Part shown: positions 50,412-61,200 of the stretch, piece after piece
Layout: each line of letters begins with the position of its first letter
Numbering within the stretch: position 1 is the first letter of the stretch
Assembly (NCBI GenBank): GCA_023444045.1
Contig: JAEZRQ010000002.1
Span: 12,102 to 76,101, forward strand
Origin: Candidatus Parcubacteria bacterium
GTDB taxonomy: Bacteria > Patescibacteriota > Patescibacteriia > Patescibacteriales > UBA12465
DNA: 64,000 nt
Direction: 5' to 3'
Position numbers and translations under genes: made by a program
The notes under the pieces: generated by a model
What the model saw: the letters and a program-made list of their open reading frames with translations, nothing else
The model's database searches: none
Told to the model about the DNA's origin: nothing

Positions 50412-52013
50412 CTAAAACATTAAGCGGTTATTTAAAGCAATAATAGCCTCTATCTCCTCCCAAAACAGAAAATTACTAGCCTTAGCTTTTTGATAATTAT
50501 CAGCACACTGTTTTAAAGCGATTTCCTTATTAAGGGCCTCTTGTCCCATCTTTACATAAAGAGAATTTACTAAGCTATCGCGCCAAGCAAGGACGCCGTT
50601 AATCATCAGATCATAACCATCTTTCTCTAGTAGCTTAATTTTGGCTTCAACTTTGGCAGTTGCTTCTAGAGGAGACGCCCCTAAACGACGAAAATTAGTG
50701 ACATCAAGATAACGCAACTCATCAAGCGGCCCCATTGTTCTGGGTGGTTGAATATCTGAGACTAATGGCTGATTTTTTGGCGGTTGCGGCTTTTCTGCAA
50801 CTATTTGCTTTTTAGTATTATTCTGAGTTTCTAAGACAACTTCATTCCTTTTAGCTATTATTGACTGGGGCTTCACTGTTTCCTCTAAAGCTTGGCTACT
50901 TGCTACAACTTCTTTTTTAGACTCTTCTAGCGGTTTTAATATTTTAGCGACGACACTAGGCTTTTTCTCCGGCGGACGATTGATTTTAAATTCTATTTTC
51001 TTGGGTTCTGCTGGGACTTCTTTTTTTGTGATAATTGTTGGGGGTGTTATTTTTAAAACCTCTTTTATATCATCAGCAACTTTTTTAATTACTTGATTAT
51101 TCTGAGCAATCACTGTAGGTGGGGTCATTTCAGAAACCTTTTCTACGGGGCCAGTCGAATCGCCAACGCTAATTAAATCTTTCTTGTCTGGCGCTTCTAA
51201 TAATTTTTTATCTGCTAACTTTGGAGCTGGCAAAAAAGCATCATCGTTAAGTGGTAAATTTAATTTAACCTCCGCTTCTTTTAGCTGCTTGTTTTTAATA
51301 GCTTCCTGCAGATTATAAGGCGCATCTTTTAGGGGCTCATTCTTCTCATAAGCCTGTCTTACTTTTTCTAGCGCCTCTTTATTTATTTCTCTCTTTGGCT
51401 GAACTGGATTAATTTCTTTTGATTGGTGGTTATTTTTTAATACAAATCCCTCACCTAATTTAAATATTTTATCAATTACTTGATGACTTAAACCTAGTCC
51501 ACCAGAGATAATATCCTTACTAAGGGCTAAACGAACATCCACCCGGCTTCTTACTCCTTTTAAATAGGTTAATAAAATATTTCTTAATCTAATATTAAGC
51601 TCTGAACCAGTAAAAGTGACACCAGAGTTTTTAATTATTTTATCAGCTTCTAAATAATAATCATTTTCTGACTTAATCTCAGTTGCCAGATTTGAAACCG
51701 GCGTCATTTTAGGAAGCACTGTAGAGTAGGATGGGTTATAACCTAAATAATTAGCGACTGTAAAAAATAGTTTTTCTTTAAGATCGGCAGTTAACTTTTT
51801 AGCTTCCTCCGCGTTTAAAGAAAAATCAGACACAAAATAAGTTGGTAAATCCGTTAAGGGGACACTCTTAATCATCACTTTCATTACCGTAGAGGCTAAG
51901 TCTATTTTGTATTTTTTTTCCAACTCAGAAATGACGGCCATCGCCGCCTCAGAAGAAACACTGTTTCGTAAATTTTCAGGGAGGTTATTAAATTTTTGTA
52001 AATAATCAAACAT
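50412..52013 (-). CDS. Hypothetical protein, N-terminal domain paralogous to the upstream gene
   Basis: 533 aa. N-terminal 83 aa are 35 percent identical (ungapped, hand alignment) to 52022..52984. Central Pro/Lys/Glu-rich linker. No family recognised. Confidence 0.6.
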   Translation of the reverse strand: MFDYLQKFNNLPENLRNSVSSEAAMAVISELEKKYKIDLASTVMKVMIKSVPLTDLPTYFVSDFSLNAEEAKKLTADLKEKLFFTVANYLGYNPSYSTVLPKMTPVSNLATEIKSENDYYLEADKIIKNSGVTFTGSELNIRLRNILLTYLKGVRSRVDVRLALSKDIISGGLGLSHQVIDKIFKLGEGFVLKNNHQSKEINPVQPKREINKEALEKVRQAYEKNEPLKDAPYNLQEAIKNKQLKEAEVKLNLPLNDDAFLPAPKLADKKLLEAPDKKDLISVGDSTGPVEKVSEMTPPTVIAQNNQVIKKVADDIKEVLKITPPTIITKKEVPAEPKKIEFKINRPPEKKPSVVAKILKPLEESKKEVVASSQALEETVKPQSIIAKRNEVVLETQNNTKKQIVAEKPQPPKNQPLVSDIQPPRTMGPLDELRYLDVTNFRRLGASPLEATAKVEAKIKLLEKDGYDLMINGVLAWRDSLVNSLYVKMGQEALNKEIALKQCADNYQKAKASNFLFWEEIEAIIALNNRLMF

Positions 52014-52021
52014 GGTAATTA

Positions 52022-52984
52022 CTAGCGGTTAAGTCTATTAATTTCTTGAGAAATTGCTTTATACTCTAAACTGCTTGGCGGATATTTTGTCAGGCTTTTT
52101 TGTAGATCAAGGATTGTTTTTTGCTTAGTTGATATAATTGACTCTTTTTCTTCGATTACTTTTTCTTTAGTAACACTAAGTGAATCCGGATTTTTTTTAT
52201 TTACCGGGAATATCTCCCACTCATCCATCAATATTCCATCCATACTTTCTGGAAAGAAAACTAAATTACGATATAACTTTAACAATTTTCTAATAAGATC
52301 TTTTTCTTCTGGTTTCAATTGTCTAATATTTAGTGATTGGGTTAGATACTCCGCCAGTGTCACTTCATTGAATAAATCGCTGCCATACTGTTTAATAAAA
52401 TCTTTAAGCCAGTTGGCGATTGATGGCGAGGCCGGATGCCCATCTAAAATAATTTGGTGAGCCGTTATCTTTTCTTGATTAACATACAGCAAAGATTCAA
52501 CCTTATCCTCTAGATTTTCATCCTCATTAAACGTTAGAAAGATGGCAACATTTAAGTCCCTTAGATACTCATCGTCAGCCAGCAAATTGGGCACTATTTT
52601 ACTTTCAAAAATATCTAATAATAATTCTTTTCTCTCTGAAAGTGATTTGTCTGATAATTTTTGAGGTACTATTTCTAGCTCATCTTCATCCCCATTTTCA
52701 ATCAGATCTAAGACAGGAGTAAATATTTTTTCATCTAAAATATTAGCGACTTCCTCACCTTTAGCTAAATCTAGTTTAAATTTTAATTGTAAGTACTCTG
52801 GCAAGTCAGCTAAAGTCAGTTCATCAATCGCTACTAAAATAACAGCAAAAGATAAAGAAATATTATAAATCTCCTCTAACTTTTTAATCTCCAGACAAGC
52901 ATCAAAGCCACCGATAAACTCTTGAGCGACTTCTGGTAAATTATGAAATTTTTCTAAACATTCTGCTAAATAACTTTCTTTCAT
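52022..52984 (-). CDS. Hypothetical protein, N-terminal domain paralogous to the downstream gene
   Basis: 320 aa. The shared pattern is L.KF.NLPE...LE..Y.I.L...V...L.DLP.Y...F.L....L.EK.F..V. Confidence 0.6.
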   Translation of the reverse strand: MKESYLAECLEKFHNLPEVAQEFIGGFDACLEIKKLEEIYNISLSFAVILVAIDELTLADLPEYLQLKFKLDLAKGEEVANILDEKIFTPVLDLIENGDEDELEIVPQKLSDKSLSERKELLLDIFESKIVPNLLADDEYLRDLNVAIFLTFNEDENLEDKVESLLYVNQEKITAHQIILDGHPASPSIANWLKDFIKQYGSDLFNEVTLAEYLTQSLNIRQLKPEEKDLIRKLLKLYRNLVFFPESMDGILMDEWEIFPVNKKNPDSLSVTKEKVIEEKESIISTKQKTILDLQKSLTKYPPSSLEYKAISQEINRLNR

Positions 52985-53007
52985 AAAACTATTTTTTATT
53001 TTTCTGT

Positions 53008-56000
53008 CTAATCTTGAGCTTCTTCGCTAGCTGCCATCACGCTCAGTGGTTTTGGATTTTTACCAATAGCCTTAGTTACCTTCTTATCTAGATTGGTAAA
53101 CATGCGGCGGAAGAAGTTAACATCTTCAACGGACATTTTAGTTTGGATATTCTTAATTTGCGGCTGACCACCCTTGCCTTGAGGAGCGCCTGTTTCTAAT
53201 ACCTTGGTTAACTTTGCCAATGATTCATTGATAGCATCTAATTTGTCCTCTGCCATTGAGGAAGTCTTTCCCCAATCATTAGCGATTTCTTCCCCAACCT
53301 CCTTATTTTCGCCACCCCAATCATTAGCAATTTCTTCGCCAACAGCCTCTTTACTGCTGTCGCTACTCTTAACCGCTTTGTTTTCAATAACACCAGATTG
53401 AGAATCCCTAACCCCTTTTTCTGTTTCTATTACTCTTTGAGCATTAGGAACAGACCACTGACTAATTTTTTTCACAACTGCTTCTTCAATTTTTTTCGGA
53501 TCAAATTTTAATGATTCCATTCCAGCAATCATTTTACCAATTTCTGTGTCATATGATTGTTTGCCGCCAGTTCCAGGAATAGCACCGATAAGCCGAGCTT
53601 CTTGCAGAGCGTCACTGGCATCATGAACCAATTCCTCATTCTTGGCGCCAGCTCCATGCATATTTTCATGTTGAATGGAGTTGTAAGAATTTTGCCTTTT
53701 CTCAGTATCAGTTTCTCCTTTATAACTAATATCAGTATTTTGTAATTTAATTTTAGATAAATCCTGTTTTTCTAATCTACCCTTAGCAGCTTGCAACTGC
53801 GATATCTTATTGGCATTTGGATTTGAAGAGAGTTCTTTGTTGATCACTCCCTGTTCTTGTTTTATCTGATTATCTATCTCTGTCTTCTTTTTATTATAAG
53901 CAACTTTTTCAGCTATCGTTCCTTGTGGCATTGAATCTAGATCACTTAAACCAGCTTGTAAATCTTTAATTTTCTGTTGACTAGCGGCAATCACTGGGTT
54001 ATTAGCACTAGCTTCATCAACTGATTTTTGTAGTTTACTTATTTCATCATCAATTAAACTAGCCATGACAGTTGAAATTTTGCTTAACTGTTCTTTGTTA
54101 TCAATAGTAGCCGCTGGAGCCATCTCTAATGGAGTCATGTTAACCCCCATCTCTCTAGCCTTGTTATTTATTTGTTCAAAACTAGCCCCTAAAACATCTT
54201 TTCTATCTAACCTTTCTCCAGCAGATTTTAAGGAATTTTTTGCGAAAGTATCATATTTAAGCTCACCTTCACCTTTATTTAATGACATCTTATTTTCATC
54301 AAAATCGCGATAATTAACTAAGACTTTGCCTGTGTATGAACTAGGATCGTAGTTTCTACCATTTAAAGCTGTTTTTACATCAGAGAGGTTAAGAGAGTCA
54401 TTACCGCCTTTTTCATAAGCAGAGATGAGTTTAGCCACTTCTTCAGTTTCATCATCAGTAAGTCTTTTTGCTCCATTTGTGCCATTAATTTGATTAATAA
54501 GTACTTGTCTAGCCTTATAACCATCAGAGGCAACATCGCCAGTATTCATCATGTCTAATTCCAATTTCTGCTTCTCATCAATACCCTTTTTATTATAAAT
54601 TCCGCCTTTACCTAAACCACTAAAATAATCTTTATCTTGAGCAATAACGCCCATCTTCTTTTCCGCTCGGTCATACTTTTCAGTCATATTCTTTAAAGCT
54701 CTGGCGGTAATATCTAAAGGCTTATTCTTTTCTCGATTAACAGTTTTTTCATTACTTGCATACTGCTTACTTCTTGCCACGGCGTCCTTTTCATCATCTG
54801 TCCACATGTTTTCAGTATAGTTTGGGTTATTTTGCATTTTAGTCCTTAAGCTATCCACGATTGTCTTGTCGGTGTCCTTAATCCCAGAATTTTTATAATT
54901 TTCATTAAAGTCCTTAGCTTCTTTATATTTTCTGGACTTTGGCATTTTAGAATTAAAATTATCAACAACATCTTTCAGATTTTTAGCTGACTCACCACCA
55001 ACGCCCATCTTCTTAAGAAAGGCTTCTCTTTGAGTGGCTTTTTTCTTTTTTCTCTCATTTTGTAAATTATCGCGCCAGTTAAGGGCAAATTGGGCTGTTT
55101 TACTTGTAGATTTGCCAGTGATTGGGTCTTTCTTGCCGATACTAGCAACACCAGCCACACCGCCCAAAGCTAAATTTCTAGCGCCGCGACCGGTAGCGTT
55201 AGCCAAAGCTTTCCCTCTGGCTAGAGCAAAACCACCAGCGGCCGCACCCGCGCCTAATAAGAACCCCTTGCCTTTAGAAAATCCTTTACCTAAAGCTGAG
55301 GCAGCTTCACCGCCAACATCTTGAGCAATTTTCATCCCTCCTAAAAGCATACCAATAGCAATCACAAATCTGGCCATTCCGGCAACTGTTCCCGCTTCAC
55401 TGCCGACACTAACACCGTTACTAGCGGTTAGCTCATCATCGCCTGATGAAGATCCTTTAATTGGGTTACCGTTATCTGTCTGCAAAGCGGCAAAAGAAAG
55501 CCACAAGAAGAAAGCAATCACTGGGCCAACGATTAAATTACTGCTCCACTTTGTCCACCACTGTGAAGCATAAGAACCGCCCTTACCAGGGACTGCTTGC
55601 AAGAAAAAAGCTAATGGGGAAAGGACTACTAAAATCCAAATCATCACCACCCGCATCACTAGCATACCGAGCATAGCTGCCACAACCACTAGAGCAATCA
55701 GCACATAAATAAGACCAAAAATATAAGCACCAACAACAGAACTTAAACTAACATCCCTGCCAGTAGTATTAAGCTTCACAACGCTAGAAATACCCAACAT
55801 GTCCAACATGTTACCAGCACCAATAGCACTAAAAGCTTTAACAAAAGTAAGCATGACTACATTAGCCACATCAATCATTAACCCACAAATCAATTTAGAA
55901 AAATTAATCAAAACCGCGGCCATAATTAGTTTTGGCAGCATTTTTTGAGCACCATACTCTTCTTGTCCTAAAATAGTGGCAAAAGCAATTATCAAAAGGA

Positions 56001-56295
56001 TAATGACAAAAAACATGTTACATAAGTCACGAACCACTACCCAACCGCGCGAAACAGCTGCCGCATTAATAAAATCACTATAAGAAGCTACATCCATTAA
56101 GAGATTTACCACTAAAATCAAAATATTAGCCACCCCCCTAACCAAAAGATCCATAATGTTACCAACCACATTAGCCACAGCTGATTCTATACCAGCTGAT
56201 ACCGGACTAACAAACAAAAAAAGCACCGCTAAAAAAGATAAAGATACGACTATCTTTTTTTTGGTGCCTATTTTTTTAAAATTTATTTTCTTCAT
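53008..56295 (-). CDS. Large polytopic membrane protein, VirB6/TrbL-like N-terminal half with long soluble C-terminal half
   Basis: 1095 aa. Signal/TM N-terminus, about 8 TM helices in the first 380 aa, then a Gly/Ala-rich segment and a charged ~700-aa tail. The call is by architecture and position in the T4SS-like cluster. Confidence 0.45.
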   Translation of the reverse strand: MKKINFKKIGTKKKIVVSLSFLAVLFLFVSPVSAGIESAVANVVGNIMDLLVRGVANILILVVNLLMDVASYSDFINAAAVSRGWVVVRDLCNMFFVIILLIIAFATILGQEEYGAQKMLPKLIMAAVLINFSKLICGLMIDVANVVMLTFVKAFSAIGAGNMLDMLGISSVVKLNTTGRDVSLSSVVGAYIFGLIYVLIALVVVAAMLGMLVMRVVMIWILVVLSPLAFFLQAVPGKGGSYASQWWTKWSSNLIVGPVIAFFLWLSFAALQTDNGNPIKGSSSGDDELTASNGVSVGSEAGTVAGMARFVIAIGMLLGGMKIAQDVGGEAASALGKGFSKGKGFLLGAGAAAGGFALARGKALANATGRGARNLALGGVAGVASIGKKDPITGKSTSKTAQFALNWRDNLQNERKKKKATQREAFLKKMGVGGESAKNLKDVVDNFNSKMPKSRKYKEAKDFNENYKNSGIKDTDKTIVDSLRTKMQNNPNYTENMWTDDEKDAVARSKQYASNEKTVNREKNKPLDITARALKNMTEKYDRAEKKMGVIAQDKDYFSGLGKGGIYNKKGIDEKQKLELDMMNTGDVASDGYKARQVLINQINGTNGAKRLTDDETEEVAKLISAYEKGGNDSLNLSDVKTALNGRNYDPSSYTGKVLVNYRDFDENKMSLNKGEGELKYDTFAKNSLKSAGERLDRKDVLGASFEQINNKAREMGVNMTPLEMAPAATIDNKEQLSKISTVMASLIDDEISKLQKSVDEASANNPVIAASQQKIKDLQAGLSDLDSMPQGTIAEKVAYNKKKTEIDNQIKQEQGVINKELSSNPNANKISQLQAAKGRLEKQDLSKIKLQNTDISYKGETDTEKRQNSYNSIQHENMHGAGAKNEELVHDASDALQEARLIGAIPGTGGKQSYDTEIGKMIAGMESLKFDPKKIEEAVVKKISQWSVPNAQRVIETEKGVRDSQSGVIENKAVKSSDSSKEAVGEEIANDWGGENKEVGEEIANDWGKTSSMAEDKLDAINESLAKLTKVLETGAPQGKGGQPQIKNIQTKMSVEDVNFFRRMFTNLDKKVTKAIGKNPKPLSVMAASEEAQD
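53270..53343. repeat. 29-nt repeat with 45-nt period inside the VirB6-like gene
   Basis: ccccaatcattagcGatttcttcCccaac / ccccaatcattagcAatttcttcGccaac. It encodes VGEEIANDWG twice. Confidence 0.85.
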
Positions 56296-56336
56296 TTGAG
56301 AAAAATTAAACTCTGCTGACTAAATATTTAAAATCC

Positions 56337-56897
56337 CTAACTAGAGAATATGTCTAACGCCACACTAATTGGATCAACAATTATAGAAATAATGACAAGT
56401 AGCCCTAAGACTAAAAACAAGCATCCGATATTCAAACATCCACAGCCAGATCGCTCAAGAACTTTAATTAAAGAAACCGCTTGCTTACCTTTTTCATCAC
56501 CTAGTTTTTTTAAACCTGACGGAATCCATTCTTCGCCTAATTCTCTAAATACTTTGGGGCCAAAAACTTTATTCAAAAAAACATGTATGTCTATCCAAAG
56601 TAAGGTTAAACCCCAACTAGGAATTAAATTCTGCCAGGCACCTTGCAGTAGCTTATCTGTCAACTTTCTAATCGTACTATCACGATGAATTATTTCGGCC
56701 GCCCTCTTTTCGGTGCTAATGTTTAGCCCCCGCCTTTCCCTAACTTGCTGCCTAAAATCTGTAGAAGGATTTGGTTCTGATTGCCTTGGCTGACGAAGAG
56801 AGGCTCGGAATTCTCCAGCCTTTTCCAGCTCATCAAAATCCTTATTTTTATTTAATAACTGTTCGTCAATATCCATAAAAACGCTAAAATAATTCAA
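56337..56897 (-). CDS. Small membrane protein, first gene of the T4SS-like cluster (pilin-like role possible)
   Basis: 186 aa with two C-terminal hydrophobic segments, the last one Cys-rich (GCGCLNIGCLFLVLGLLVIISIIV). The track start is TTG 56897; an alternative ATG lies at 56876. Confidence 0.5.
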   Translation of the reverse strand: MNYFSVFMDIDEQLLNKNKDFDELEKAGEFRASLRQPRQSEPNPSTDFRQQVRERRGLNISTEKRAAEIIHRDSTIRKLTDKLLQGAWQNLIPSWGLTLLWIDIHVFLNKVFGPKVFRELGEEWIPSGLKKLGDEKGKQAVSLIKVLERSGCGCLNIGCLFLVLGLLVIISIIVDPISVALDIFSS

Positions 56898-57108
56898 TCT
56901 AATTATAGCATAAAGAATAAATTATTTTAACAGCTTTTACTCTATAATTTTACTATAAAAAAAAGATTCTGGCAAAAGAAAAAAAACATTTATTTTTTAT
57001 TTCGAAAAATAAAAAACTAAAAGGCGAAAAAACATATCCATATTGACAAAAAATAACATTAGTGACAGAATTTAGTTAATAAAAAGTAACTTAAAAACAG
57101 AATACACC

Positions 57109-58179
57109 ATGAAAAGAAAACTATTTGATGTTCTCGGAATGATAATTCTAAGCATCGCTATGTTATGTTGGGGATGTGACCCCACTGAAATTGAAAATGA
57201 TCCCGATCTTTATGATCCTAGTAAAGAAGCGCCAACGGTATTTTTAAAAAACGCAACTGACATTACCCTCATTTCTGCAAAAATAAGTGCCGGACTTAAG
57301 TCTGGCGGCCTGAGAACCGAGGCTTGGTTTGAATACAAAGCTAAGGGAGATGATACATATGCCTCTACAAAAGTAATATCATTCACTGAGGATAGTATTA
57401 CTATGACCTATAATTTACCTGGACTTAAGAAAGACACCCAATACTTCTTTAAAGTAGTTGCCAAAAATAAGAAAGGGACGAGCGAAAAAGAGTTAGTTTT
57501 TAATACCATAGTTGAGATTGTCACTGATTATGATGGCAATAAATATAATGCCGTTAGAATCGGGGACCAGGTGTGGTTACAAAGCAATTTGAGGACAACT
57601 AGGTTTGCTAATGGGGATAAAATAAGAATCCTCAATTATACTGGTAGGTGTGACGACAACTGGAACAGGACTGAAATACCAACAATGATATTTAAACCCG
57701 GAGATGCTCAATATGGTGGTTACTATAATGGCTATTTCTGGAATGAAACTAGGGAATTTATTCCTGGTTATAAGATTCCTAGTTTAGACGACTTCAAAAA
57801 GTTAGTTAATTTCATTGGGTATAATGATACCACCCTCACCAGAATGGTGATTGCAAACGTTGGGGAAAAGAGATTAATGCATGAAAACATCTATGATCAA
57901 GAAATTGTGAATAGTAGCGGATTTAGTGGAATTGGTGCTGGATACTTTTATTCAAACGCTTATTCCTCTTGGTTATCTGAGTGTGAATTTATGGGGTATA
58001 ATGGAGACGACTACGTAGGTGATTACTTTTTAACTAATGGTCAAATTGAAGTAATTGACAATATAACGACATATTGCAAGGTTTTTAAACTAGATCCATG
58101 GGCATACGTTACCCGCAACTCCTCAAAACCAGTAACTGACATAAAGAACGGAGTCTCAATAAGACTCATTAAAAAATAA
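57109..58179 (+). CDS. Lipoprotein with Fn3-like domain and Fibrobacter succinogenes major paralogous (FISUMP) domain
   Basis: 356 aa. Lipobox-like LSIAMLCWGC. VTDYDGNKYNAVRIGDQVWLQSNLRTTRFANGDKI matches the TIGR02145-type FISUMP motif. Confidence 0.6.
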   Translation: MKRKLFDVLGMIILSIAMLCWGCDPTEIENDPDLYDPSKEAPTVFLKNATDITLISAKISAGLKSGGLRTEAWFEYKAKGDDTYASTKVISFTEDSITMTYNLPGLKKDTQYFFKVVAKNKKGTSEKELVFNTIVEIVTDYDGNKYNAVRIGDQVWLQSNLRTTRFANGDKIRILNYTGRCDDNWNRTEIPTMIFKPGDAQYGGYYNGYFWNETREFIPGYKIPSLDDFKKLVNFIGYNDTTLTRMVIANVGEKRLMHENIYDQEIVNSSGFSGIGAGYFYSNAYSSWLSECEFMGYNGDDYVGDYFLTNGQIEVIDNITTYCKVFKLDPWAYVTRNSSKPVTDIKNGVSIRLIKK

Positions 58180-58182
58180 CAG

Positions 58183-58214
58183 AAAAGACGTGTTATAAAG
58201 ACACGTCTTTTTTA
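58183..58214. terminator. Bidirectional terminator between convergent genes
   Basis: aagacgtgt-tataaag-acacgtctt is a 9-bp perfect stem flanked by A/T runs. Confidence 0.75.
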
Positions 58215-58231
58215 ATAAATAAAACTATGAA

Positions 58232-61200
58232 CTACTCAAATAAATTTTTATAAGTACCCCAGTTATCAAAAACGCTAACATTAAAATCATTATAATCACC
58301 CTCAAGATAAAAATGGCTGACTGTATGAGGATCAGAGGTTTCTGGCTTATGATCAACACCGGTAATAACTTGAGAGCCATCGCCCCAATTAATAATAATC
58401 TGCCTTAGTGGCTGCTGCTCTTCATCAACTTTAGTATTAAAACTTAACTGATAAACTCCGCTCTTCTCTATTTTAATAGTTTTATTTTTTGGAGTAAAAG
58501 ATACTCCCTGCCCACTTATTTTAACATTACTTATAATTGGATAAATCTTGCACAAACCGCTATCATCAGAACGCTTGTCACAGATAGCGAATGAGCTAAT
58601 TTTATTAAATAGGGTTACATTATTATCTCTTTGATAAGTCTTGGTATTTGAGCTATACACATAATCCACATATTTTTCTGCGAAGATATTATTAAGATAG
58701 TTAGTTGCCGACATAATGCTAGGAATAAAATCCCCCCATAACTTCACACAAGTACCATTGCCACCAGCTGAACAGCTAAGCTTATTTAAATCTTCATCAT
58801 TTTCCCTATAGAAACAGAAAACATTAGGGTCTAAACTACATTGGCCGATATTAGCACAGCCCGGTCCAGTACAACTATATGGACGACCAGCCAACACGCT
58901 CTCTGACATCCTCTTTGAATATTGGTTTCTTAAAGGAATAACTTCACTATTTAAGAAGTCAAAATTATTTGGCAATATTGAGGCCCCAAATGGGACATCC
59001 TCTCTGTTTCTAATATATCCTTGTGCACCACCAAGATATGATGGAGTATTGGTGGCCATATTGTTGCGACTAGTTCTGCCCGTCCAAGCAGCATTTTTAC
59101 CAGAATTATCAACCACTTGAATGAACCTATTGCAGGTGACACGATATACATCCTCAGGATTTTGGTTATAGACGTGTTTTAAATTACCCTCCGCTGGATT
59201 ATTTATATTCATGACCATAATTGAAGAAAAAGATGTTGCTAAGGTATTACTAGATTCATTGACGTCAGCTAATACACTTTTACCAGTTTCAGTAATAAAG
59301 TTATCATTATCATAATCAATCGCCGAATAATAGACTGAATTATGCTTAGATAAACCATTATAATTCCACCATCCTTCTTTAAAAGTAATTCTGCAGTTAG
59401 CATTGATGTGATACTGGCTTAAGTCCACCACTTTTGTTTCAGTCTCTATTTTAAGCCCGGCTTTTTTAGGAGCACAATAAACCATAAACTGTGTTCTCTC
59501 TGGACCATTAAATGCTAGAAAATCTCCTTCGCCAGTAGTTCTTCTGAAGGTTATAGCCACATAATCTGGACTACCGCATAAAGAATTACTAGAACTATCC
59601 CCCAAACAGCGACAGTCGCCACCAGTTACAGTCATAGAGTCAATAACGTTTGAGCAATTTACAGTATTGTTGAAGATTCCAGTGCCAGATGAACCACCTA
59701 CTTTAGCAATCACTTCGCCGGGGTTTGTAGTTTCCATACCAGCATAGGAGTGCAATACCCCAACTCTCTTCTCTACTAAAGTAAAATCCCCATTAGCTTC
59801 AGAACAGTAATAGAGCGGGAATTTTCCAGAGTAACCTAGAGATGATTGAGTGTTTTTGGTAATTGGGGAAATCTTATCAATTGGATACCACATCAAGCAG
59901 ACATTAGGATTTATTGGATCTGATTGCAAACAATAACCATAAAGACCATCTTTAACAACATTATTATTAGCTGAAGTACAAGTTAAGCTATCATCGCTAG
60001 GATATAAGCGGCAACTCTTAGCAATATAAGAATTATTGCTTGTTTTTAATACCGGTTCAATATTAATATCATCAAAATAGACATAAGAAGTGTTGGTATT
60101 TACCGCATTTGAAGATAAATAGATTCTGATTTTCTTAATTTCAGTAATTGGACTGGTAACTTTAAACTGATTTATTTTTCTCTCCCAACCATTTGGAGAC
60201 GCATCGGCAAAGGTGGCAATAACGTTATTATTTTCGTCAGTAATAATCAGCTTAGCTCTTAGCCCCGAACCCTTGGTGTTAATTAAATAGTTAATGTAAT
60301 AGTCTTGATTAGAGAAAATGGAGATACTGTCATCTTTAGATATTGGCGAAATTTGATAATACCCCAAAACCTTTAAGTATCCCTTGCCATTAGCTGGATA
60401 ATCCGTGGTAGCATCTTTTGGATTAAGCACTAAGCTATCATTAATATTTTTATCAAATACACAGGCTTTATCTTTTTCTGAAATCAAGGCACCGCTAACA
60501 TCAATATTTCTGACACATGAGAGATTAACTGACGAATCCTCAAAATCAAAATGGGCCTCAGTATTCTGTCCTACCTCTTTCATGGCACCAATATAGTAAT
60601 TATTTAACAGTGAGTATCCGGTGGCATTTTTATTGCTTGTGAGAGTGGAGTTTCTAACAGTTTGATCCATTGGTAAAATCTCTACACACTCATTTTTGTC
60701 ATTTAGCTGACTGCATTCTCCCATTGAATAACAAACCTTTTCTTTAGTTACTGGATCTTCAATATAAGTCTGGCAAGACAACCATTTAGAACAGACTCTG
60801 TCTGGAGAGGCTTTAATTACCTGGTTAGCATTACAATAATTAGTATTTTCTCCGCTACAAGAAGCTGGACCGCTACCTTCATTTGTAAGATCGGCTGCAA
60901 AAACATTGGTCTTGAGCCCACTAGCGCCTGATTGAGATCTAACATTAAATAAGACACAACCATTGTCAGTATTAACAACCCCATTACAAGAAGTGCTATC
61001 AATATTAGAATTTATTTGATAATTAATAATAACTTCTTTTAGAATGGCGTCCATGTCTAAAGTTTTAAACAGTCCTTCGGCATTAACTGTGTCCTCATCT
61101 CTAAAAATTCTCACCGTTTTATTATTACCAGAGTAAAAGATAACTGATTCGTTACTACCATAAGAGCTATAGTGTAGACCCCTATCATTAGTAGAAAATC

